64,000 bases of DNA from Azolla caroliniana (Eukaryota > Plantae > Polypodiophyta). The translations under genes were made by a program, and so were the position numbers. Positions within the stretch are counted from its first letter, which is position 1. Each line of letters starts with the position of its first letter. A model generated the notes under the pieces. That model worked only from the letters and a program-made list of their open reading frames with translations, was not told the origin of the DNA and ran no database searches. Positions 25,166 through 36,566 of the stretch are shown here, one piece after another. The stretch spans positions 10,726,001 to 10,790,000 of the forward strand of contig JBHGNT010000015.1 of NCBI GenBank assembly GCA_043228905.1. Reading direction: 5' to 3'.

Positions 25166-28100
25166 ATATATACATATCATGTGCAAAGGTGCACATGTGT
25201 GAGTATAGTATACGTACAAACGTAGTCCTATATTAAATGAACACGGGAGTGGAGGATCTACAATGTATTCCACTCAAGTACCAAATCCTATTTAAGGCTT
25301 TAAGGTCAACACACTAACTAGATTCTAACTAGGTGGCTACTAATTTATGTGGTTGACTAACAAATTAAATCTAGTTGAGCTTGATATCTCAACATGCCCC
25401 CTTAAGCTCAAGTGTGACGCGTTTGACATCCGATTCTACTTTCGGCGTTGTTCGGCTTTCGATGTCGTCTTCTGTTTGACTTTCGACCTAGGCATTTTCA
25501 TGGTAGTTTCGGTTCCTCCCCCTCAAGATTGTGACGAAGGCTTGGGTCGAATGCTTTCACCCATCATGGGTCACGAGCCACTTCTGTAGAGCTCTGGGCT
25601 CTTCTTCGGCTGCTACCTTCATCTTGAAGGCATAATGATGGGCCATATACTCGTTGTAGGCGAGTCAACTGATGGGGTTCTTCTCTCGAGATGAGCGTCA
25701 AAGTTTTTCATTTGCTGATGTAAGCGCCTTCTTTACTCTGGGTTTCCACATGATGGGTACACCAAACTCACTGTCTAGTGAGGGAGCCGACACATCCGAA
25801 TCACTGTCGTCGGGGTGGTCGACTTCGTATTCGGGCATCTTACCTTTGTCTTTGTCCAAGGTCGTGCTTAATCAGCACGTGCTTGGAATGCTTGAAGGTT
25901 CGTGTGGTCCATTTAGCTCGGTAGAGCTCGGCTGGTCCTTTGGTGAAGGACTTGGCCGAATATCGTCCTCCGAGTTGATGTTCAACTCTTCCTCAGTCGG
26001 GTCGGGTGGAGCCGAATCGGGCTCATACCAAAATGCCGATTTGTCGAAGACTACATCTTGACTTACCAAAACCGCTTGGGTCAAAGGGTTATAGGACTTG
26101 TATGCCTTCTTCTTGGACGAGTATCCTATGAGCATACATTTCTCCGACTTCTTGTTGGGCTTCTGTCGGTTTTCGTTCGGGATGCGTATATTCACAATGC
26201 TTCTGAACACCTTAGGTGCGACAGGATCGGCTTCCATCCAACAAGGAGCTCCTATGGAGTTAGCTCATGTACTCCATTAGTGGTGCATCGATTGATGAGA
26301 TAGACGGCCGTGGATGCCGCTTCGGCCCAATAAAAGTTAGGCATGTACTTCTCATCCATCATGGCGTGTGCTACCTCAAGTATGTGCCCATTCTTCCTTT
26401 CGACGACTCCATTTTATTGGGGTGTGTGTCGGCACGAGAATTCTCTTCGAATGCCTTCACCTTGAAGGTAGGAGGTGAATTCATCGGAGAAGTACTCCTT
26501 ACCTCCATTTGATTGTAGGCATCGAATGTGCCGACCAGTTTCTTTTTCGACTTGGCCCTTGAGCTTTTGGAAGTGGGAGAGCACTTTGCTCTTCTTCTTC
26601 ATCAGGAAGATCCACATGTAGTGGGAGTACTCACCGATGAAGGTGATGTAGTATCGGCATCCGCCGATCATCAGCGTTTGAGTCGGTCCCCATACATCCA
26701 AATGTATGAGTTCGAGGAGGCCTTTGCTTGTGTAGCTCTCCTTCGGGAATGGGAGTGGATGTTGTTTGCCCAGGTGACACGCTTCGCATACTTGGTCGAC
26801 TCGTTTCGACTCGAATGTTGGGAGTCCGATGAAGACTCCCTTTCTTTGCATAGCTCGGAGCCGTTGGAGGTTGATGTAGCTGATTCTCTTGTGCCACAAC
26901 TCTTGATGTTTGCCTCGGTTTTGAGATGTTTGCCATACATTTACGACTTCATCTTGTTCGAATCGAGGATGAACATTCGACCGTCTCTCTGTCCCTTAGC
27001 TATGAGTCGGCCATCTTTTTAATAAAGAAACTTTGTTGTTGAAACGAACTTGCATGCCGTGCTCCACAATTTGGCCGACCGAGACCAAATTCTTTGTTAT
27101 TGTGGGAACGTGCAAGACATCCTTGATGCAATTGTTTTGGCCGTCGTTGCCGATGTGCCGAATGGGATGTGTGGTGTCATCTCCCGTCTCTATCTAGCTG
27201 GGCCGATCCGGCGTTCGTAGGTCATGAAACCACTCTTGGTGTGACATCATATGATGTGAGGTGCCGGAGTCGATGAACCACACGTCTTCTGAGTTGGAGG
27301 TGCTTGTGGAGTCGGAGTCCGAAATAGAGTTCGCACTATGTCTCATTACGAAGAGTCCACCGTAGTCATCGTATTCGGAGTTGGTGGCGTAATTTGTGAG
27401 TTGTCAGCTTGTCGAATCCGACTCAGTTCTCTTTTTCGGACACTCCTCTTCGCGGTGGCCGATTTCTCTGCAATAGTTTCATGTGATGGGCCACGTTTGC
27501 CGACCTTGTTTGGCATGGAAGCTCCCCCTTCTTCCGAAGGTTCCTAGATGGCTTCCGTCTTGTTGTTGAAGGTTTGAGTTCCCTTCGTTTGATGGTCAAA
27601 TTGACCTCTTCTACTGTCTCGACCTCGTCCTTTTCCACCATCCGAATTCGAGAAGAACATTTGTCTTTCCGATGTCTTGGTTTTGGTTTGGACGTGGTTC
27701 TCTTTAACCAATAGCATTGATTGAAGGTCGATGAATGAAGGAGGGTTTTCCCTTGCCAATATTGTCGTCCTAAACGAGTCAGATCTTTGTGCAAGGCCGC
27801 CCAAGCATACTTGAACCATCTCATCTTCATCGACGTTTATATTGATAGAGCCAAGCAAGTCCCAAATGCTCTTGATCTTGGCACTGTAGTTTGACATGAA
27901 CATATATTTTTGACGAATGTTGTTCAACTCTTGTCAGCATTGAAGCTTTCGGGCGGTCGTGTTGGTGGCGAACATCTTCTTCAAGTTCCTCACGTCTCTT
28001 TAGGCTTCTTGGCGTCTCAAATGTGGCTAAGCATGTGGTTGTGGACATATGTGGCCAAGAAATACATTAGTCGACTCGCTCCTTGCTCCCACGTTGGGTA

Positions 28101-28849
28101 GTTGGTGCTTGTGATGTCGGGTTTGTTTTCGAGTGCGTTTTTGATGTAGCTCCAATACCCTTCGCCGACGAGGTATTGGTTAATCTTGTACTCCTAAGAT
28201 GAATATTTGCTCCGTTCTAGCTTTTCACTAGGGAGCGACCTACCCATTTGTGTGTTCATTTTGACGTAGTGTCTTCCTTCTCGTCTTTTCTTCCTTTGAT
28301 CACGGTCAACGTAGTGACACTACGGTAGTGGATAGGCAAATTATGTCGTTAGTGTTTCGAACACACAATCACGGAGTCGGGTGGTCTTAGTGGATTTTCT
28401 AAACCACACGCTCTGATACCATGTTAAGAATTAGGTATTTAACTATGGGTTAATGAGTAGCTAATTACGTGATTAAGTAAGCGGAGGATTTAGTGATATG
28501 TGTGTATGTGTGTGAAACGAAGAGAGGAAGGAAGTTAACACTATGAGCAATGAGACAAGATGGGGGACGATTAGCTATATTAGAAAGCATCATCAAATAC
28601 AAAAATACCCACAATGAGGTATATACACATCTCATGTGCAAAGGTGCAGATGTGTGAGTAGAATATAGGTAAAAATGTAGTGCTATATTAAATGAACATG
28701 GGAATGGAGGATCTACGATGTATCCCACTCAAGTACAAATTCTTATTTAAGGCTTTAAGGTCAACACACTAACTAGATTCTATCTAGGTAACTACTAAGT
28801 TACGTAGTTGACTAACTAATTAAATCTAGTTGAGCTTGATATCTCAACA
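25166..28849 (-). mobile_element. Copia D1: LTR-gag-PR-INT-LTR element lacking RT and RNase H
   Basis: 5' LTR 28422-28849, PBS (TGGTATCAGAGCG on minus) at 28409-28421, 3' LTR remnant 25166-25394 with adjacent PPT. gag, WFIDSGTSHHM and the integrase core are present; no RT or RH motifs in the ~3.0-kb internal region. Confidence 0.88.
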
Positions 28850-29395
28850 TCGTGATAAGCTCGAGTGACTGGATGAGGAGGCGGCGGCTCTTGTTTTGCT
28901 GTTTTCGGCCGATTTTCTGCAGCGCATGCTCCTCGTCCAACTTGATTTCTCCTGTTTCTTAGCATGTTCTTTGACCATGCGTGCCATGGTGGCAACCTGG
29001 AGGCGAGCGAGAAAGTCTATCAGCTCATATTTTGTGCCCTACTGTAAGATTGCGCCGAGCTCATAGGCTTGGGCAGGCAAGTCACGAGACGCAGAAATGT
29101 TGACCCTGTTTTCTATTTCCGGTTAACGACAGAGCCTTTTCCTCGACAACAACGACGATCTTTTCAAGGATGACGACTAATTGTATGTTCTCAACTGCGG
29201 AGTCCCCCTGGTTTTGCTCCTCGATGCATTGTTGCAAACGACAACGTTTCTTCGCGAAGCTTGGTTGTGGGAACTCCTTTGCATCCGTTGAATCCTCTCG
29301 GAGTCGTTTAGGACAATCTTGTTGGCATAAAAATGCCAGCTCCTTCCAAATTGTATCCGTTCGAGTGTGAACTCGTTAATAAGTTAGGGCTTAGT

Positions 29396-29836
29396 ATATA
29401 AGCGAACACCTAACATTGTAATGAATTATGACGAGAAGTGTATTGTATCCCTGAGTGAGAACGAAATAACAAGAAGCTTTCCATTAAAGCTTCATCTACT
29501 GTTTTAAGTCTTCATTCATCGTATATTCTGTGTGTGTTGTTTTCTAAGCAAACAAGTCCTCAAACGTTTCAGCAGATTTATAGATACACACAAACACACA
29601 CACACACACACACACATATAAGCGAACACCTAACATTGTAATGAATTATGACGAGAAGTGTATTGTATCCCTGAGTGAGAACGAAGTAACAAGAAGCTTT
29701 CCATTAAAGCTTGATCTACTGTTTGAAGTCTTCATTCATCGTATATTCTGTGTGTGTTGTTTTCTGAGCAAACAGGTCCTCAAACGTTTCAGCAGACGCA
29801 TAGATACATACATACATACATACATACATACATACA

Positions 29837-29872
<36 letters not shown>

Positions 29873-29875
29873 TAT
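29396..29875 (+). repeat. 220-bp tandem duplication within the LTR, ending in (CA)n and (TACA)n microsatellites
   Basis: AGCGAACACCTAACATTGTAATGAATTATG occurs at 29401 and 29621. Confidence 0.9.
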
Positions 29876-31174
29876 AACAATATATAGACCCACAACTAGA
29901 ATCAGAGCAGATTCTTTGCTGTTCGGCGGCAACAGACAACAGAAGAAGCTGAGAGGAAAAGGGTAGGTTAGAAATTTTACTTTCATAAAAGGAATATGAC
30001 CTCAACATCCGGAATAGGAGTTGAAATCAAAAAGTTCGACGGCAAAAATTCTGCCCTATGGAAGGAGATGATGCAGGATGTGCTGATCATTTGAAGGCAG
30101 GTTGAAGCCATTTGGCACAACGAAAAGCCTGCTTCGATGAAAACAGAAGAGTGGAGATCAATGGACGAAATAACACGATCCACCATCCGAATGCACTTAG
30201 CTGAAAACGTCTACTTCAGCATGGCGAAAGAGACAACAACGTTCTTATTGTGGAAGAAGTCTTCATCTTCGAAATTAATTTTGATCAAACAACTGTTCAA
30301 TATGAAGATGAAAGAGATTGATCCAACGACCTCCCACATCAACACCTTCAGCCGGGTGTTGTCAGAGCTCTCGTCACAAGGGATTAACTTCGAAGAAAAA
30401 GTGAAAGCCCTTGCCCTCCTATCGAACTTGCCGGCAAGTTAGGAGGTATTCTACACGACATACGCCAATAGCCGACCGATCCTAAACTTGGACAAAACAA
30501 TCGGCCAAGTCCTCACACAGGACATCAGGCGAAAATCGATGGGACTAACCATCGATGAGTCGGCAAAAGCCCATCAATCGACTGACAAAGTCGAATGAAA
30601 GAACAAGCCGACAGAACTGGTCGATGCTACAGCCGATCGAAAACAAGGGGGAACCGACAGTGGTCGAAGTTGAAAACGGGCCGAACAAGTGAGTACTGCA
30701 CACACTGCAAGAAAACTGGCCATAATGTTTCCAACTGCTGGTCAATAAAAAGAAAAGATAGTGGTCGGCGATCCAAGCAGAATCGGGGACGTTCCGACTC
30801 GGACCACTCTTCAATCGGCAACCAAATCAACTCTTCTGTGCAACAAGAAGGTATTCCGGAGTCACGAAATTATCTTCATGGAGGATAAGACCATTGCCGA
30901 CTGAGAGTCGAGGAAAAAGATAATGAATTCCGTGTCGACAGGCAAAGATCAGCTGAAGGAGCCGAGGACCCATCCGGCCGGAAGCCGGATCACACTCGAA
31001 GAACCGGTCGGATTCAGAGCAGAAACTGAACCGACCGAAGAAGTAGAAGAGGAAGCTGAAACCGGAACTGGTCAAGACCCCGAAACAGATTCGGATGAAG
31101 AACAAACGGAGGAACCGGTTGCCAAAAACCAAGGATGGAGATACCCTCTAAGAGAGAGGAGAGCCCCCTTGGAG

Positions 31175-31968
31175 CATGGTTGTTTATGTACCTGATTTAA
31201 CGTTTAAATGCGTATAGTACCTCATCATTTGTATAGTACGTAATATACCTCAATGTTGTTCAGTCAAATATCATGTACATTTGTCCAATACAGTATTTAA
31301 TGTATTTATAAAAAATAGGTATAATACGTATTTATAAACAAAATGTAAGTAAAACCCTAACAAAAAGCAAGAGAAACAAAAGATTTTAGTGAAAAAGAAG
31401 CTAAAGGAAGGAAGAAAGAAGAATAGAAGAGACGACGATTAAGAAGAGAGAAAAGAAGACATAAACCTATCCTGAGTGTGATAATCGTAGTAGATAGAAG
31501 AAGAAGAACAACAAAACGAAGAAAAGAGAAACCTATCATGAGTGTGATAATCATAGACGATTCCTCAATCTATGAAGGCATAATTGTAAATAATTACAAT
31601 TTGAAGTAGAACATCGTGATACACACACTGATTTATAGAATAAGGGAATGTCAACATCCATATTACTACAAGTATTTTAGGATGTGAAATGTTCAAATGT
31701 CTTATATGCATTTGAGGGCGTAGAACTATATTGTACATCACAAAATTGTGTAAACATAGATGTATTTTACAATATTATAGATATTTTTTAGAAAGGTAAA
31801 TAATTTTCAAATTCTAGAAGTATTTAACGTACTATACGTAAAATACGTATTTTATAAGTATTTAACATATTAAGAAAACGTATTTAACATATTTTTAAAT
31901 TGGGAGGTACTATACAAGTATTAATACATTAAATACGTATGGTATCCGTACCATACCTAACAACCTTG
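31175..31968. mobile_element. Non-autonomous hAT-like DNA transposon (MITE-like)
   Basis: Ends CATGGTTGTT and AACAACCTTG. 8-bp flanks CCTTGGAG and CCCTAGAG both derive from target CCCCGGAG by transitions. AT-rich with subterminal TACGTA repeats. Splits Copia codons RAP|RRFPDA. Confidence 0.7.
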
Positions 31969-34753
31969 CCCTAGAGATTTCCGGATGCAGAGCATGTGTT
32001 GCTAACCGATGAGGGGGAGCCGGAAAACTTCGAAGAAGGAAAGAGAGACACTCACAACCGCAAGTGGTTGAGTGCCATGCATAATGAGATGGATTCCCTA
32101 CATGAATTGACAGAGTTGCCAAAAGGGAAGAGAGCACTCCGGAACAAGTGGGTGTACAAGCTGAAATCGGGAGATGCCGGAAACCCGCCAAGATACAAAG
32201 CCCGAATTGTAGTGAAGGGTTTCTAGTAGAAGAAGGGAGTAGACTTCGATGAGATTTTTGCCCCGGTAGTTAAGATGACTTCCATCCGGACAGTGCTGAG
32301 CATAGCAGCAAGCATGGACCTCGAGGTAGAGCAACTAGACGTCAAGACGGCGTTCCTCCATGATGACCTCGAAGAGGAGATCTACATGCAGCAACCAGAA
32401 GGATTTGTGAAGAAAGGGAAGGAGCAACTGGTGTGCCGGTTGAGGAAGAGCCTATACGGATTGAAGCAAGCGCCCCGGCAATGGTACCGGAAGTTTGACT
32501 CCTTCATGACCCACCAAGGGTACCACAAGACGCAGGCTGATCATTGTGTGTTTGTGAAGAAATTTGACGGAGGAGATTTCCTAATACTCCTCCTTTATGT
32601 GGATGATATGTTGATCATTGGATGAGACCATGTCAAGATACGGATGTTGAAGAAGGCTCTGAACCAGACCTTCTCAATGAAAGACTTGGGTCCGGCAAGA
32701 CAGATATTGGGAATGCACATCATCCGGGCCCAGTTGAAGAAGCTATTGTGGTTGTCACAAGAAAAGTACGTGACAAAGGTACTCCAAAGGTTCAACATGT
32801 CAGAGGTGAAACCGGTCGGATCGACACTCCCGACAAACTACAGATTGTCCGTCAAGCAAAGCCCGAAGACAAAGACAGAGAAGGTGGATATGATGAAGGT
32901 ACAATATGCTTCTGCCGTTGGAAGCTAAATGTACACAATGGTGTGCAACCGGCCAGATATTGCATATGTTGTCGGAGTAGTCAGCCGGTCCCTGAGCAAT
33001 CCGGGAAGAGCGCACTGGAACGTGGTCAACTGGATACTCCGGTATCTGAAAGGCACCTTGAGTATGTGCGTCTGGTTTGGCTCCGGTAAACCCCAACTCG
33101 ACGGATTCACGGATTCAGATATGTCGGCTGATGCGGATACCAGTCGGTCTACATCCAGATATGTGATGACTTATGCAGGGGGAGCCGTATCGTGGCAATC
33201 GAGGCTGTAGAAGTTCGTGGCACTATCGACAACGGAAGCAGAGTACATGGCAGTTGTGGAAGCCGGCAAGGAAGTAATCTGGATGAAGGACTTTATCAAA
33301 GAGCTAGGGATCCGACAGGAGGAATACCGGCTCTACTACGACAGTCAAAGTGTCATCCACCTTGCACATCTAGAGGAGATATCACTGGCTCTGGGAGAAG
33401 GTTGAAGATCAAGACTTCATGCTAACGAAGATCCACACGAAGGAGAACAGATCGGATATGTTGACCAAGGTGCTTTCGACCGACAAGTTGGACGCGTGCC
33501 GAAGTGAATGAGAAATCCCATTCCGGAGTGAAGGGGGAGTTTGTTGGGAATTCGGTCCCTCCGGATGGGATCCGGATGAGAACCGGACGAGTCGGATCTG
33601 GAAGGGTTCCGGATGAGACCCGGAAACTGAATCAGGTGAATCCGGATGAACTTGGTGCAAACCGGATCCAAGGACATATTTGTAAATATGTTAGAGTAAA
33701 CCCATTGAGGCTATATTTGTAAATAGCCCTAAGGTTATATGAGTATAAATATTATTTAGGGCAATCACAGAAGTGTGGTTGTTATTATTGTTGTACAGAG
33801 AGAGAGAGAGAGCGAGAGAGTAGTTACGAGCACTTTCTGTTGTAACCGCCCGCCGTCTGGCGAAGATCGCGAGCACGAGGTCGTTGCCTCTGTGTGTCCA
33901 CTTTGTATTTCCTCTCATATAGTGATAGTTCAAAGTCCATGGGCTCCCGTAGTTTTTTCCCCAATTAGGGTTTTTCCACGTAAACATCTTGTGTTCTCTA
34001 TCGTTGTTTTGTTTTCCCATTTCTGTGTTTGATTCTCATCGAAAAGGTTCAAGACTCGGTTGTGGTTGAGCAATATTCCGCGCTAGTTCATATCAAGTAC
34101 GTTGAGATATTTGGCTTTTCGAACGACATTCAGAACTTCAGTTACAAATGCCAAGAACAAGGTCGGAGCCCACATACGCCTCAATCGTAGCAAAACCATT
34201 TGCAAGGGAGTTATATAATGTGTCTCTAGCAAATACTCTAACACCGATGGAAATCGACCAAACAATAGAGCTTGTTGCGAACAATCTTGGAATTGAGGAT
34301 GGCAGCAACCTCCTACTCAGGTCTATCTTCAAGTTCGATCGAGGGTGGAGGTGGTGTAACAAGATTTTTGGAATAGTGTTGTCTTCATAGGGTTCTAGAA
34401 GAGAACTATGAAATACCGGATATATCCGTAGTTGCGGAGCTAGATCAATACATCTTTAAGGAAATTCTGAAGATTATAATTCAGAGTTTCTATTATGTTG
34501 ACTGGAACTTTCCAATGACACATGATTCATGAATTGTCAATGCGTAAATAAATTGGAAAACAATAACTTTTCAATCAAACTATAACTTCAAGAAGGCTTA
34601 CAACAACATCTGACATGCAAATTATTACTTCAAATTTTATTTAACAAGTCATACAACAAAAATTACTGAAAAACTCAAATTATGTACTGCGTCAAAGTTT
34701 TACAATGAATATTGTTCAAATGATGTAGTAGTAATATTTCCAAATTATACTTT

Positions 34754-36460
34754 TTAATCTAAAAATAGATTTGGTAGGTGTGGCTCAGGATATGCCATTT
34801 GTTCAACATTTTCTTCATGGGCATCCTTGGTACGCTTAGTTGAATCATTTGCATGTTCAAACTCTGATACATCTTCTAGGTCCACAAGGTTCCCTGCTTC
34901 TTCATCTATAGGCTCCAATTTCTGGAACATCTCTGTTTCATTAATATGCATTGCCCCAACTTCTTGATCTTGATCTGGACAATCCCAAATTCCTTGGATC
35001 CTCATTTTGATGAAGTTCACTTGCTCAGGGTCCTTCTCCAATGCAACACAGTTCTGAAATATCTTTAATGCACATGTTGTTGTCGTACCTGATGTGAAGT
35101 CAATTTTTGCTCGTAAGAAAAGACCATGACAAATACATCGGATGCTAAGGTGTATAAGAATAAAGCACAATATGAAAGGTTCAAGAGTTAAAAGACGAAT
35201 GAAATTGAAGAGATGTGAAGTTAGAGGCGTTTTCCAAAAGTAGAAAAAGCAGGAAAAAAGAAAAAAGAAAAAAGATGCAGAAAAAAAACAGAAAAAGCAA
35301 CGTAGAGAAAAAAGCTCATAACTTCTTCATCTCATATCCAAATTTCAAAAGAAAAGAGTTATAAGAAAGCTAACAAAGAGAGCTTTCTTGTATGACAAAT
35401 TTGGATGAAAAACCAGAAATAATGATTTGAAAAACGCATCACACAAACTCGAGGAAAAGAAAAAAGAAAGAAAAACACAACTAAAAACCTATAAATATGA
35501 GGGTGTTCTTAGCAATTGGGGGACACAAGAGGAAGAATACAATATCTACAAGAAGAAGTAAGGAAGAATAAGAAGATTAGAAGAAGTGAGAAGATGCATA
35601 GTAGAAGAAAGAGGGAAGAAGGAAGAAGGAAGAAGAAAGAAGGAAAGACTATATTATGAACTAGTGTATTGAGATAAAGTAGTTATTTGGGGTTGTTATT
35701 CTTAGAGTCTAAGAAGATGAAATTATTTTTCTAATAGTATATTGAAGTATTTTTTTATCTTCCTCTTCTTTTCTCTTTTTTTTTTCTATATCTCTCCATC
35801 ACCTGGAAGTAGAATGGAATAAACCTTGTTACACCTATTGAATACTAGTCTATACCTGTCCTAGAGAAATAATCTAAAACCCAATCATCTGGGTTTGAAA
35901 ATAGCTCGATCAAGCGGTTAATTAATCTTTGGGGTTTTTGATAAGGGTTCACGAGACTCTTATTGCCAGATACATGGCGTAGTTTCTTCGTCACAGCTGG
36001 GCACATACTATAGTTGAGAACATTTGTTTCATTCACATGTGCCCATGCCTTCTTCTTCGTAATTGCATCGTACTACCCCACACAAAGATGTTCTACTGCA
36101 CTAACCATTCGATCTCCCGGGCTACGTGTGATATTTTCTTTAATCATATTTACAATATACAATACCGTTCAGAATACATTTTGCACATATTAAAACAACT
36201 TGTAACATACCAATGCATATGTTCAGTTGTGTGGCATCATGACTTCAAAGTAGTTGTGACTAACAATGATTGACCCATGCTATGAAATATTACAATTCTC
36301 CATAATGGTGCTAGGGTCAAATCTGTGAAGTCCTTTACCATCTTCTCAATTTGCGGGTACTTATGCGACACATCATATCTGGATCCGTGATCCGGAATCC
36401 ATATGGTATGTCAGCTATAAGTAGTGTATAATGCCTCTTAGGTGTCACAAATGAACAATT
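34754..36460 (-). pseudogene. Beta-class N6-adenine/N4-cytosine DNA methyltransferase (N6_N4_Mtase, PF01555-like) gene with spliceosomal introns, decayed
   Basis: Motif IV-like HYTLLIADIPYG (~36398-36433); W|IKENITRSPGDRMVSAVEHLCVG; NPYQKPQRLINRLIELFSNPDDWVLDYFSRT|GTTTTCALKIFQNCVALEKDPEQVNFIKMRI, with motif I split by a GT-AG intron (donor 35855, exon resumes 35088). Stop at 34754. Internal stops and frameshifts present. Confidence 0.8.
35090..35801 (+). mobile_element. Solo-LTR-like insertion at the 3' splice site of the methyltransferase intron
   Basis: TGATG...CATCA ends, with ACCT repeated across both junctions and a TATA CCTATAAATA near 35490. Removing it restores a short intron ending TTCCATTCTACTTCCAG on the minus strand. 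Confidence 0.55.
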
Positions 36461-36566
36461 GGAGATAAAGAGATGGGGAAGTTAATGAGATAGGGAGATT
36501 GAGAAGTTGATGACAATGAGTAAAAGTATCTATTCCATGACTAGTGTTGATCTCCTTGATGTTAAT

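Larger units (their letters stand above)
29320..34095 (+). mobile_element. Chimeric Copia: family-A 5' LTR and gag joined to family-B INT C-terminus, RT, RH and 3' LTR
   Basis: A-type LTR 29320-29894, degenerate PBS TAGAATCAGAGC, and gag 29996-30830 similar to A1. From ~30840 the sequence is B-type (KKVFRS..IIFMEDK, RT YVDD at ~32596-32607), with B LTR 33542-34095 after PPT GAAGGGGGAG. Flanks AATCT/AGTAC do not match. Confidence 0.85.

Noticed and set aside
29736-30008. ORFs with YIHT/MYVC repeats
   Set aside because: They are translations of the (TACA)n microsatellite in an LTR.
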